Assembly: GCA_039621445.1 (NCBI GenBank)
Contig: CP154954.1
Span: forward strand, 7,575,425 to 7,617,756
Length of the DNA stretch: 42,332 bases
Direction of reading: 5' to 3'
Origin: Euglena gracilis
Taxonomy: Eukaryota
Position 1 is the stretch's first letter. Every line of letters starts with the position of its first letter. Positions 1 through 12,800 of the stretch are shown here, piece after piece. Below the pieces are notes generated by a model. It saw only the letters and a program-made list of their open reading frames with translations. It was not told the origin of the DNA and ran no database searches. The position numbers and the translations under genes were made by a program.

Positions 1-899
1 TGGAGAAGTGGGGCCACATTTTGGGATTCAAGTGTTCTAAATATATGCAGTATTATCTCTTTCTATTTTAGTACTCTGTTTTATAATTACCATTCCGGCG
101 CCCTTTGGGTGGGTCACCACAAATTGGTAATGTTTGGAGCATGGTTATTTTAAGCTACCTTTCTGGGCATGGCCTGTGCGGGGGATTTTTTTTCAATTTT
201 GGTAAAAAAAAATGTGTTTTTTTCTTTTTGCCAGTGATTTTTGAGTTTTTGCTCGACAATTTTTTGGACCTTGTTATACCAGTGAGAAATATGCAAAAAT
301 TTGCCCAACTTAAGCGCAATGTTGCATGACATGTAATATTGCAGAATTAAATAAAATTCTGAGATTTTCTTGAGAAGGTGAGTCTTGTCTAGCAGTGTTC
401 ATCGGGGGTGTCTTTTTTACATTTTCTAGGTCTGTGTTGCCCCCCCCCCCCCCGCTGTAGTTTGCTGGAGGTCGGATAGGGCTGGTTTTTGAAATGGGAA
501 AGGTTTTCTCCTTAAGGAAGGGTTTACCCCATGCTGCTCTTTTATGAGATGTTTATACAAAGATTTGCATAATAAGCTTCTGCAAAATATGTGAGTGGGT
601 CATTTTGGCTCCAAACCACCTTTGAATCGGAAAAGCGGACCAGCAAAACAAGATATGACACAGAAGCAATGCCCACTCGCCAAGGAGTGGCATATTAGTT
701 CCAGTGGCACGGGAGGTCCAGGGGCAGGACTGGGCTGCACGTGTGCAACGTTGGGGGGGGGGGCGGTCGCGTTCATGCGTGGTTGGGGAGTGGGGAGGGG
801 CAGGAGGGGCAGACTCTGATGGCCACAAATGGTGACCGTGTTCGGGTTGCAAGGGCGAGGGCAGGCAGACAGAGCCCCTGGGGCTCCACAGCAAGGGAG

Positions 900-3800
900 G
901 GGGTAGTGTACAGCCGGCAGTGGAACCAAACGGACGCCATCGAACGGCAGCAAACTGGACGGGCCCCGTCGACCGCCGGCGCGCTGGTGGGCCCGAAGCA
1001 AACACCCATGAACATCCAGAATCCTGAACCCGGTCACGCCCAGTCACGCCCAGTCACGCGCATTCACACGCAGTCACACCCATCCACACACAGTAACGCC
1101 CAGTCACACGCAGCCACACGCAGTCACGCCCAGTCATACCCAGTCACACGCAGCCACGCCCAGTCACACGCAGCCACGCACAGTCACACGCAGTCACGCC
1201 CAGTCACACACAGTCATACTCATTCACACGCACGCAGTCGCACGCGCAGCCACGCCCAGTCACGCGCAGTCACACGCAGCCACGCCCAGTCACACGCAGT
1301 CATGCCCAGTCACGCCCAGTCACACGCAGTCAGGCCCAGTCATGCCCATTCACACACAGTCACGCCCAGTCACACGCAGCCACGCCCAGTCACACGCAGT
1401 CACGCCCAGTCACGCCCAGTCACACGCAGTGATGCCCAGTCATGTCCAGTCACACGCAGTCACACGCAGCCACGCCCGGTCACACGCAGTCACGCCCAGT
1501 CACGCCCAGTCACACGCAGCCACCCCCAGTCACACACAGTCACGCCCAGTCACGCCCAGTCACGCCCAGTCACGCCCAGTCACACGCAGTCACACGCAGC
1601 CACGCCCAGTCACACGCAGCCACGCCCAGTCACACGCAGTCACGCCCAGTCACACGCAGTCACGCCCAGTCACGCCCAGTCACGCCCAGTCACGTCCAGT
1701 CACACGCAGTCACGCCCAGTCACACGCAGTCACGCCCAGTCACACGCAGCCACGCCCAGTCACACGCAGTCACGCCCAGTCACGCCCAGTCACGCCCAGT
1801 CACGCCCAGTCACACGCAGTCATGCCCAGTCACACGCAGCCACGCCCAGTCACACGCAGCCACGCCCAGTCACACGCAGTCACGCCCAGTCACGCCCAGC
1901 CACTCGCAGTCATGCCCAGTCACACGCAGCCACACCCAGTCACGCCTAGTCACGCCCAGTCACGTGCAGTCCCACGCAGTCACGCCCAGCCACACGCAGT
2001 AACGCCCAGACACACGCAGTCACGCCCAGGCACACCCAGTCACACGCAGCCAAGCCCAGTCACACGCAGTCACGCCCAGTCACGCCCAGTCACACGCAGT
2101 CGTGCCCATTCACACGCAGTCACGCCCAGTCACATGCAGCCACGCCCGGTCACACGCAGTCACGCCCGGTCACACGCAGTCACGCCCAGTCACACGCAGT
2201 CACAAATAGTCATTCCCAGTCATTTCATTTGCTTGGCTTGGCCCCGAGGGGACCCTTGGAGCAGGAGGGCCGCCGCAGAGCCAGCCATTCACTTAACATG
2301 AGTGACAATGCAATGGCACAGCGTGAATGTCCGCGTGGTGCCGGGGGGGTGGGGGGACAGCTGCCAGGGGAGGTGGCAACGTTCTGAACGGTGGTCCACT
2401 GGCTTGCAGGCATGGGAGAAAGGGGCGTGCAGGGGGAAACGACTGGGCTGTGGACGGGGTCGTCACTTCTGGCGCTTGGAAGGCGGTCAAGGGGCAACCC
2501 ACAAAAGTGGCCACAACACCCAAGGTAAAAACAAACGCACACAAGTATGCAAGTGCGTGGGCCCTGGGATCAGGCATCATTGTTTAAAGAAGCCTTAAAA
2601 CCCTTAAAATTTTTAAAACCCCTTAAATGCCTTCAAAAACAATAAAAAGAAAAAACCTTTCCAAAGGTCACCCAAAGCGGGCTTGAAGGAAAATAACATT
2701 CTGTGGAGGGGGGATGACAAAAATACCCTTAGACAGCCCCGACGGGGCCGCATAAGGGCATTTCTCAAAAGTTTTCCAGAGCTTTGCAACCAAACTCATA
2801 CCAAGCCTCCGGCCCGGACCTGCCCACCCACACCCTGCCCCCCCCAAGGGGGTTCTTAGCAAGTTGGAAAAAAAAAGGAAACCTGATTAATTTTAAAATT
2901 AACGCATACATGGCGCCGGGGTGTAACCCAAAAAAAAAGCAGAAAAACACGTTGTTTTGCGCATCCTGGTGGCCCGGGCGGACGCAACACCGATGGGAGA
3001 GGCCTGCCCCCAGCGGCTGACGGGACGGCGGGGCAGAGCGGGGCTGGCGGGGCTCGTCCAGGACGCAGTACCGGCGGCTGTAGGTGGCCGTGCCCCCCGG
3101 GGCCCAAGCCACAGCCCTTGCCCCACCCACCCCCCATCAGTCGTAACCGAAAAAACACACACAGGAAAAAATACGCCCACAGTCTGCAATCATTCGGGGA
3201 ATTTTGAGGAAGTGGTTGGGGGCATGCCATTTTGCAAACGTGGCTTCGCAGAATAATGCACGGTGGTAGAACCTTTTGGCTTCAACGCTTCAAATTTGAC
3301 TTCAAAAACAACACGTGCCCCACGTATTTCAGAGCATATTTCCACCCGGGCAGTAGGGAATGACTTGCAGGTGGATTTACGCACCAAATTCTGAAACGAA
3401 CGCCTCCCCTGACACACACGAAAAATTTACAAAAGTGAAAGCAAACATGCTATTTCTTGAAAACAGCATGTGATACATTCTCTGTTCTAATGCAAATTTC
3501 ATCAACTGAGAAACTTTTTTTCCAGAACCAGAGGAGGGGGTACGAACCCACTACCCACCCCTGGGGGGTTCCAGGGGACCACCTTTTGGGAGGTGAATCT
3601 TGGCATCCAATTTAACGCTTCGCACCGAGAGTGGAGATAAAACCCCCCTCTGAGGGAACCCACTCGGCCCGACCCCATTTCCCATGGGGGGGCGGGGCTG
3701 GACACACCGACCCGCCCCCTCCCCCACCGACCTTGAAGCAAGAACCTCGACCGAAACAGGAAAAAGCAGCTCGGCAGATGTCGTGCAGGGAGGAAGTCCC

Positions 3801-6800
3801 GCCCCCTCTGCCTGACATCAACGGATCAATCGACGGTGGCGGGCCGGGGGGATGAACGCAACGCCTGACACCGGGGGAACCGGGCGGCCGGCCACCTGCG
3901 TCACCCCTGGTGCGGGTGGTGGGGGGCGGCACAGCCCGGCGGGCGGCCCCTTCGGCCGAAACGGTCTCGCTTGGGAGCCTGAGGTCGGAACCGTAACCGT
4001 CGTAGATGGCAGGTGTTCGATGCCCGAAGGGTAACCCCCTCCCCCCCCCCCCGCAACCCATTGCTTGAGTTGTTTTCAATGGAGCTGCCCAGGGGTTCCT
4101 TCAAGTTGGGTGTTGTTTAAACTTTGGATGTATTTTTTTTGCAATACGTCGTTGTGAGTGTGCACGGACGTCGGCTTCGTTGCTGTGATTGCGCCTTGAG
4201 ACTGCACGGTGTGTTTCAACCCCAGGGGGGTTGCTGAAATTTCGATTTCAGGTGGTGGCCGAGGAGGTTGCTTGAAGTTGGGTGTCGGTCGGTTGGGTCC
4301 AGGGATTGTTTTAAAAAACCGAGGGAGGAGGGCGTACCCCACTAACCCAGGGGGCACTCCCACCCCCCTAGGGAGTCCGGGAACCAACTTTTTGGGGGTA
4401 CCCCTCAGGGGAGGGGAAAGGGTCTGGCAGACCCACCCACCCCAGCCCCCCCTGTGGTGCCAAATTAAAAAATAAAACTCTGGCCAGGGCCTAAGAGTCG
4501 CTAAAAAGCGGAGGGGCACTCTTTAAGACTAAGGGAAGAGGACAGCAGTTGGTCACCAGGCTGGAAAGTAATTGAACCTTACCAATGCTCCCAAACACGT
4601 CGAGCAGACAGCCAGCACCCTCTCTGAAACGACGAAAGACGACATCCCGTTTGAGCCAAAAAAAAAGAATCAGCGCTTGGTGAGAAGTGGGGAACTGGAA
4701 AATAGCTTCTGGATGCTCTTACAAAAAAGCTTTCGGCATTTTTTGATATGGTACCTCAACTCTTTTTTGTCGTAGGGTTTTATCGTCGCAAAAACACTCG
4801 GCTGAGGGAAAACGAGAGAGATGCACAACGGGAGATCAATCCGACCATTTTCCAGAAGGGAGAAGAAAGTCCAGAATTACATCAAATGTGACTGTAAAAA
4901 ATCGGCAGGTATTTCCTGCTCTCCAGAAGGGGCCACGACTCGTGGAAGTGCTGATGGCAGTAACAGCGGCATCCAACTGCTTTGCAATTTGGAGGCTCAC
5001 CCCAAAATTCAGGCAAATCGATGATACAACACCACAAATGACCAATTCTTTTGCATTCAAAAAAGTCACAGGAAATGATGCAGCCCGGGAAAAAGAGAAA
5101 TGGAAAAAAATCCAAATGGATGGGGATGCTTCCAAAAAAAAAGGCTACTCAGAGAAGGGGTTAGCAGATGGATGGAAAGCACTGAAGCAGGCGGCCATCC
5201 CGCCCTTGGAAACTGCCCCGCTGGCACTCCGGGCACTCCGTCAAGTCCCATACTGCGAAGGGTCAAAAACAATGCCAGAAAATAATTTTTACCAGATTTT
5301 TTTAAATTTTCAATTTAAATATTCTTTTTTTAAAAAAATATACTTATAATAATACATAAAATAAAAATAAAATATATAATACATTCCAGGTCTGTTCTCA
5401 AATAATAAATTCACAGAAAGATCCGGTTACTTCACACCGTAATTATTTTGCACTGTGTCTCAAAAATATTTGCACAATATCCCAAAAATATTTGCCTCCG
5501 TTCCAAAAAATTTTGCACCTGGGTCGGTGGTTTGCACAGTTGCCCTTTGAAACTTCAATCGGCGTGGATCTTTTTACATTGTCCAGTGTAAAGCTGTTTT
5601 TTCATTGACCAAAAATAAATGACAGAGTGCAAATTTTTTCCGTACACGTGCAAATATTTTTTGAGGCTCATCACCAAAATTTTGGGGGCTCTTGGCAACA
5701 ATTTTGACAGGTTGGGGCAAATATTTTTGCTAAACACGGGCAAACATTTCAGACGCTGGTGTAATACAAATATTGACATTAAGACATCCAGAGTAATACA
5801 AATAAACCACATCGATTTTGCTGGCATGTGGTTCTCCTTATTGCACATTCAATGGGTTTTGAATTTGCAAACATGTATTGCTCAAAGCGCGGTTCAAGGC
5901 ACCCTTGATGAAAAGAAAAAAAACTGACACAGATGGAGACCCTCACAGAGGAGGGAGCAGACATCCGAACAGGACCAGATACTATTTGGCAAGCCCATAC
6001 GGAAACGTAAATGACAATGAACGAGCCCTTGTAGTTCGTTGAGGCACTTCACCCGTAACCCCGCCAGGTAACCACCGCAAACCTCACCAGTGAATCAGTG
6101 CTATGGAGCATCGGGCAGACCGAGACCGAAATTTCCAAGTGCCACAGCCTCTGATGACCGCTTGGATCGGACAACGCTGCACGGGGGGGGGGGGTCCCCA
6201 CAGCATACCCGGGACGTCCCTGAGATTCAGGCGCGGGTTCTCGTCCCGGTCGTGCCAGGTGGCCTTCCACCGGGGCAGGCCCTTCCACCGCAGCAGCACC
6301 CGGCAGCGGGGCAGCGACAACGCATCAGCGGAGGGCATTGATTGGCAAGGACGCACCCGGCAGGAGGGCGGACATGGCACAGAAAAAGAGCGCACAAAAT
6401 TGGCTCTGGGCGTGGGGGACTTGGAAGATTAGAATACATCATTTAAAGAACACAAAAGGCGCTAGAACTAAAATGCGCATGCGTGGGTGGGTGGGCCGGT
6501 GTTTGTGTGTGTGTGCATAAGAAAAACTTCCCCCAGAGAAGGCCGAATTTGGTGCAAACAACTTCCCTCTTTGGCCTTCAAAAAAATGGGGGGGAACAGG
6601 AAATAAATCAAATGAATAACGCTATAAATAAAAAAAATCTGTTTTCGACCTCCAAATTTCCGGTCTTGACAGAGCTCCAGAGGGACGACTAGGAGCTCTT
6701 TGCCCTCTGGGTGGTCCTGAAGGGGGGACTCCCAACATTTCAAAAAAAAACGGCAACTGCTCTGTCCTTCAAAAGTCACCCTGGGGTAATTCAGTCCCAA

Positions 6801-9800
6801 AGCAGTTGGGTTGGGGCATGGGGTCTTCCCACTGCATGACAACGCCGGCGGAGGGGCAGAACGGCCGTTGCCCCGGGCACCACTTCTTTTTGGCGTACGC
6901 CTGCGCCAGCACCTCGTCCACCACGAACGGGGTCTGCTCGTCCTCGCTGCCGCCATCGCTGGCGGCCTCCACCTGCGGCGCAGCCAGAGATTTGACCAAA
7001 TCCAATCCTGAAAAAGCAAAGTGATTCCGATTGCCCCACGGGTGGAGGTTTTGTTGGGCCCAGGGGGGGGGGGGTGCGGTCAGCACCCACCAACCCAACC
7101 TCTGTGGGGTGGGGCCAAGGGGACCAGCTGTTTGGGGAAATCAACATGGGGTGCCGGGGGTCCCAACATCCCCTCCCCTAAACAGAACCACTGCTGACTC
7201 AGCACCCTTCTCATGCTGTTCGGAGGGGGGATCAACCTAAAAGAGTAATACCTGCCCCTGGCCTGGCATTCATTCTCAGGGCAAGGGCAATAAAGGGAAA
7301 AAGTGTTACATGGCAAATATGGCACTCAAAACTTGTGAGTAAGAAACCCCTCTGAATCTCCGCAGACAGTGACCTTGCGGTGCCTGGAACAACATGTGCA
7401 CATCGCACGGCACGATTGAGTGCACCGGTGTGTGAGCCGACCCCACCACTGGAAGCGTCGCCAAAGCGGCCAGAAAGCTGCAGGCCAGAGAAGACCTTAT
7501 CCCGCATTTCCCATGGGCACAACCAGCTGACAAAACAAAAAATGAAAAGGCATCCCTGGTCGGCCCTGGTCGTCCCAGGTCAGCCCCGGTTGTCCCTGGT
7601 CAGAACCCCCACAAAGGGGGTTCTATGGGGGGGGGGGGGTCCTGAAAATCATGGTCGGCCCTGGTCGGCCATCGGTGCCTGGCCACGAGCTGGCCGCCAA
7701 AAGACAGCACTTAACACAGCGGATGATCGGCTACCCGTGCGGGAGACCTCGAGCCAGAGGGAATACACTCAGCACCGAACCGCGCGAGCTCGCGCCCGCA
7801 GAGGTACACACTGCATGCGCACTTGCCGCGATTGGGGCCTGGAAAAGAGACGCCATGGCCCGGGTTGAAAACCCAGGCAGAGAGGCGATGCTTCACGCAA
7901 GTGTCGTGCGCCGGTGGACGCATCAGGTACTCCCACCTCTTCGGCTTCTCGGCCCCTGTTTGAAACCCCTCCCAACAAACACGCTGCCGGACGGCAGCCG
8001 TTGTCTCCAAGCACATCACCGAGGGGTCTTTGATGACCGGATCGCGCGCATATGCGCACGATTGGATCTCTGAGGAAAAGATCACACATCTCAAAACGTG
8101 TGGATGGGGTCCAAACCCCGATGTTGAAAGTCAATGCAAAACGCTGGGGCCTGAGGCAAGTGGAGGGCGTTGGGTTTAGAAACTGATGGACAAGCCCTCA
8201 ATTTTGCTTGCCGAGTGATGGGCGAGGGTGTAAGGACCAACAGATGATGTGGGTTGCAGTGCTTTGTGGCGCCACAGTCAGCAGGTTTTTGGGGGGCCCG
8301 CAGCTCCCCCTCTGGCAATTCTCCAGGTTCAACCCTTCACACAGCCATGCTTGGGCAAGCCTGGGGGTCACCGCCAGCAGGAGTTTCAAACACGGCAAAA
8401 TGAAGCAGACGGACATGTCATAAGTTCGTGCGCAGGTGTGCGGAATTCTTAAATGCCACATGGGCCTCCTATCTTCTCATGCAGCTTGACATGGTTGAGA
8501 AGCGGGGGACACCCTTGGGTTTCCCCACCCGATTCCAACTCGGCACATCAAACACGGCGCGTACCTTTGCCTTCTTTTGCTTCTTTGCGGCGCGGGAAGG
8601 ATTGGAAGACGACGGTTCCGCGGCCAGGGCTGTGTTTCCGAGGCCACGGACCGCGCCGCCTGGCCTAGAATGCGCTTGGGTGAAAGGAAAAAAAAAACGT
8701 TTAAACCGACCAAGCTGGGCTGTGCACATTTCTGCAGGAAAAGACCGAAAAATTATCCCATCTCCTTGGGAGAAACTTCCATCATGCAACATTTGTTAGG
8801 ACATGTCGAACATTCATTCACATTTTTGCTCCAAAGATTATACAAGCACAAGCAAAATATTTTTTAAAAAATAAACAACAAAAAAATGAATAATGAAAAT
8901 TCCAATGAAAAAAATTAATGTGCCAGAAAAAATACATCGCGAAAGGGTTCAAACATCTTAAAATGGCTTACCCAACACAACAAAACAACCTGGCCGCATC
9001 ACCTCCCCAGCCAACGTGGAGCGCCATCGGAGACAGCTTGGAATAGCAGCTTGAAAGTCAATGGAGTTTGGAAGCAGGTGCCCCAGAAGGGAGAGGGAGT
9101 GGAGGGGGGTAGGGTGGACGGCGCACCGGACCTTATTGTCAGCGATTTTGGGCTCCAGATGCAGCCCTGGATGAAGCTCGGTGGCTTCTTTTGGACGGGA
9201 CGGGAGGTTTGGCTTCGTCCTGATGAGTGCAAAGAAGCTCGGGCAACCGGTTTGGAAAATTTGCAAAAAAACACACTGTTGCAAAATCTGAGAGAAAAAC
9301 TGGAAAATCCACCAAAATGTAAAAATTACCCAAAATTCCAAATTAAATTTAAGGAATCACATGGAAACATGAGGAAGATGACATTTTCAAAATGCAAAAA
9401 AAAATACAAAAACGGGCAGATGTGGGGGATTTACAAAAAAATGCAAAGAAATATGAAAAATTAAAGAAAACGTTGCTTAAAAGAATACATTGCTGGCAAA
9501 AATCAAACAAATACGCAAGAAAAGGATTTTTTTTAAAAAATTGACAAAATTGAAAGAAAAAAAACATTCTGCAAAAAACCACAAAATGGTAAAATGCGAA
9601 ACGCATTAACCCACCTGGTGATATCAAGCATATGGTTGTGGACAAGGTTTCTGCCTTTCCTCGTCTGACTTCTTGCCACTTTGAAACTGGAAAAAAATGC
9701 CACATACGAGAAAAAAAAATGCGTGAGAATGAACTCCGTCCATCACTCACATAAACTTTAGCTTTAGCTGGGATTTCGGTTCCCTAGAATTGAGAACATG

Positions 9801-12800
9801 CATCATCAAGCAGGAAACCAGGGCAGCACCATGAGCACCTTTACAAATGGCAGCAAAAACTCGCACCCCATTTAATTTTTTTTCGGACAATTGGTCTGGT
9901 CCAGGGTTTCGGCAGAACCCCCCCCTGAAAACGGCGGCTGAATAAAATTTGCCCGCCTCCTCTGGAGGCCGTTCAAAGAAGCCCCCCACCCCACCCCGCC
10001 CGCCCACCCCTTCTTATACAGGTGCAAAGGAGGTATAAGCTGATACTGAAGGTGCCCAATGCAAAAATTTGTAGGCGAAAAATCTGGATGCAGCAGAGGG
10101 GAACGTGGGAGACACCTCCTGAGTCAGCGGTGGGGAGCTTTGGCGAGAGCTGCAAGAGACGGGCGGCACAGGGCTGGCCGGAGGGCCAGGTGGGGGGTTC
10201 AGGGGGGAACGCCCACCCGAAACGCCCTCCTTTGTACTTAATGTGACACAGCCCAAGGCAGACCAGACAGTGGGGCACTGTTCCCATCCTAAACCCCCCC
10301 AAGAAATAAGACCCGGGTTCTATCTTATTTTTGGGGGGGTCTTATTTTTGGATTTTTTCTTGACCGACCCGGGCCCGAAAAAAAACATCATTTTCAGGTT
10401 CCTAAAAACACTAAATTTTCCTTCGGCGCTTCGCACTATGTGTAAATTTGTGTAAGTTGACATTTAGCATCACTTCAAGAATCTGAACATTTTTGAAATT
10501 TCATCATTCTTGTGTGTGAAATTTGGGTTTTTGGCAATTTCTCAGGGAAAATTTTCACCGTCCCCAGCGCTTCGCGCCATCAGGGGAGCCTTATTTTTTG
10601 GGGGGGTCTTATTTTTGGATTTTTGCTCAATCGGCCCAGGGGGGTTTTATTTTGGGGGGGTCTTATTTTGGGGGGGTTAACCCCAACATCCTCCAAATGC
10701 AAACCCTGCGGCAAGGGAATCGAGAGAAATGTACAAAACATCGAATAAACCACTACTGGGCAGGTGGTTGTTGCGCTGCTTGCCCTGGGCACGTCGGTCC
10801 TTGAAGGACAAGAAAAGGCCCTCCTTTGGGCCAAATGGAAGGCCAAAGGCTTCTGTGGGCTCGAACAGGGTCGAAAACTAAAATGAAGAAAATTTTTGAT
10901 GATTGGGGGCTGACCATGCAATGGGAAGAAATCAGACACTACTGCTTGGGGGCGGAGGGGGGGTTCAGGGCAGGGTTCGATATAAACGCTGCTGGCAGGA
11001 TGAACGGATGCACCCCCTGGTCCATTTTCAAAACATAGTCGGACAAGAGACCATTCGAGCTTTTTTCAGGCAAAATTGACAAAAATGCCCAAAATTTTCG
11101 GCGGAAACCAGGGCAAGGAATATTTGACCTATCATTGCGCTGCTCAGCGACGCTCCCACTCCCCCCCCCCACTTCAAGGACGAGCGTGTGCTTATTTTGG
11201 TGGCCACCAGACAAAAGATGAGGGTCCGCTGTTGTAAATCCCCCAGGCGTGCCAAAATCCATTTCTTGTTGCACAGAAGGGACACACCAACGTCACCATG
11301 CCACGTGAAGGACAGTGTTGTCCGTTCGTCTTCCACCGCCCTTGTGTCCAACAAAATTTAGACAATTGTGATTGCATGTTCGTCGGTTTTGAGGATGGCT
11401 CAGAATGAGAGGTGGGGCACGTGGGGCACAATGCGGTCGGCTGCCTCCAAAAAAAATGCGGCCCCGCGTGCCCAGGCATTGCCCCTCGACCCACCCCCCA
11501 ACCATGCCAACCATGGAAAGGGGGGCAGCACTGACACCTGCTGCTGGCGTGGCTCACTTCGGGTCTGGGCCGGGGCAGGACAGCGATGCGGCGCGGAGGG
11601 GCGTGCTGGTTGGCCGGCGGCGGCGGCTCTGCTGGCGGCGCACTGTCCCCCCCCCCCCACACCTGCTGAAGGGAAAAGCTTCCCTCCAAAAAAAAAACCT
11701 CCTGCGGACGTCGGAAAAGAGTTTAGCAAAAAAAAAAAAACGAAAAGAAATGCAGTCTCTCGGATTCTTTGGGATTCCTGGGGCCGAAGGTCATGGAACG
11801 CCTTGCTGTAGACCAGGCTGAAATTGACCAACGCCGGGGGGAGGGTTTCGGGGCAAACCTGTGATGAAGCACAACCCAGACGTTTGGGCACTACCCAGGA
11901 AACGGCCAACCCCATCAACCCATGGAGCACAACCCAGGCCAACACAAAGCTAATGCTGGCCCAGCTTTTGTGTGCACAAGTGGCCGGGGTGCCAGCAAAG
12001 CGCCGCGCGGGGCGTAGCCCGGGACCTGGGGGTACGCAGGGTCCTGGTGGCACGGCAATTCCCCTTCTTCGGGGTGGCCCAAACCCCTTTGGTGAGCCCC
12101 CAACCTCGTCCCTCCCAATCAGGCATATTTTTAAGGATGACTTTAAACCCCTTTAAAAATCGAAAACCCTTCTGAGCAAAATGTCACAAAATACCTCAAA
12201 ACACCTTTAACAAACCACACAAAAGCATCCTGGGAGAAATTTTCTTCAATCGGGCAAAAACGAAAACCTCGGCAAAAAAACAACCGAAAACAAAAAACTC
12301 ATTTCTGGCATCCTTAAAACATCGCCTGGCACCCAAACTCAGATGACTTTCCGGCCTTTTTTATTTTCAACCTCGCTCGATGGCCTTGGGGAGGGATTAT
12401 TTTTAAGGCGATTTTAAAATTAAGGGTCTTGAAGTTGAAGGAGAAAAAAGGTTAAGGCTTTTGAAAGGAAGGCGTTTCGAAGGTTTTCTTAAAAAAAATT
12501 TTGAGGTCTTTGAAAAAAGGCCCAAAGACGATCCGCCCAGAGCGGGTTGGAATTGGCAACCATCCTTGTTGTCTGCAGACTCTTGGAAAGGGATGGTCAG
12601 AAACACCAACGATGCAAGTGAACGTCTGGAAGAGAGTCAAATAAACTCTGCAGCCTGCAGTGTTCTGGTTGTCTTGTCAGAGGTTTTTCAGGGTTTAACC
12701 CATGGGGGTGGTCACCCATCCCCCCCCACCCGTGGGACCATGACGCTCCACCCAAAAGCAGGAAAGCCTGCCTCCGGGCGGGGGAGGCACCCCTGGGGGA

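Noticed and set aside
1033-2222. CRISPR-like array
   Set aside because: Tandem units have no unique spacers, there are no cas genes, and the context is eukaryotic.
741-2301. Long ORFs of 186-402 aa rich in SHAQ/VTRS
   Set aside because: These are translations of a stop-free 10-bp minisatellite and are open in several frames at once.
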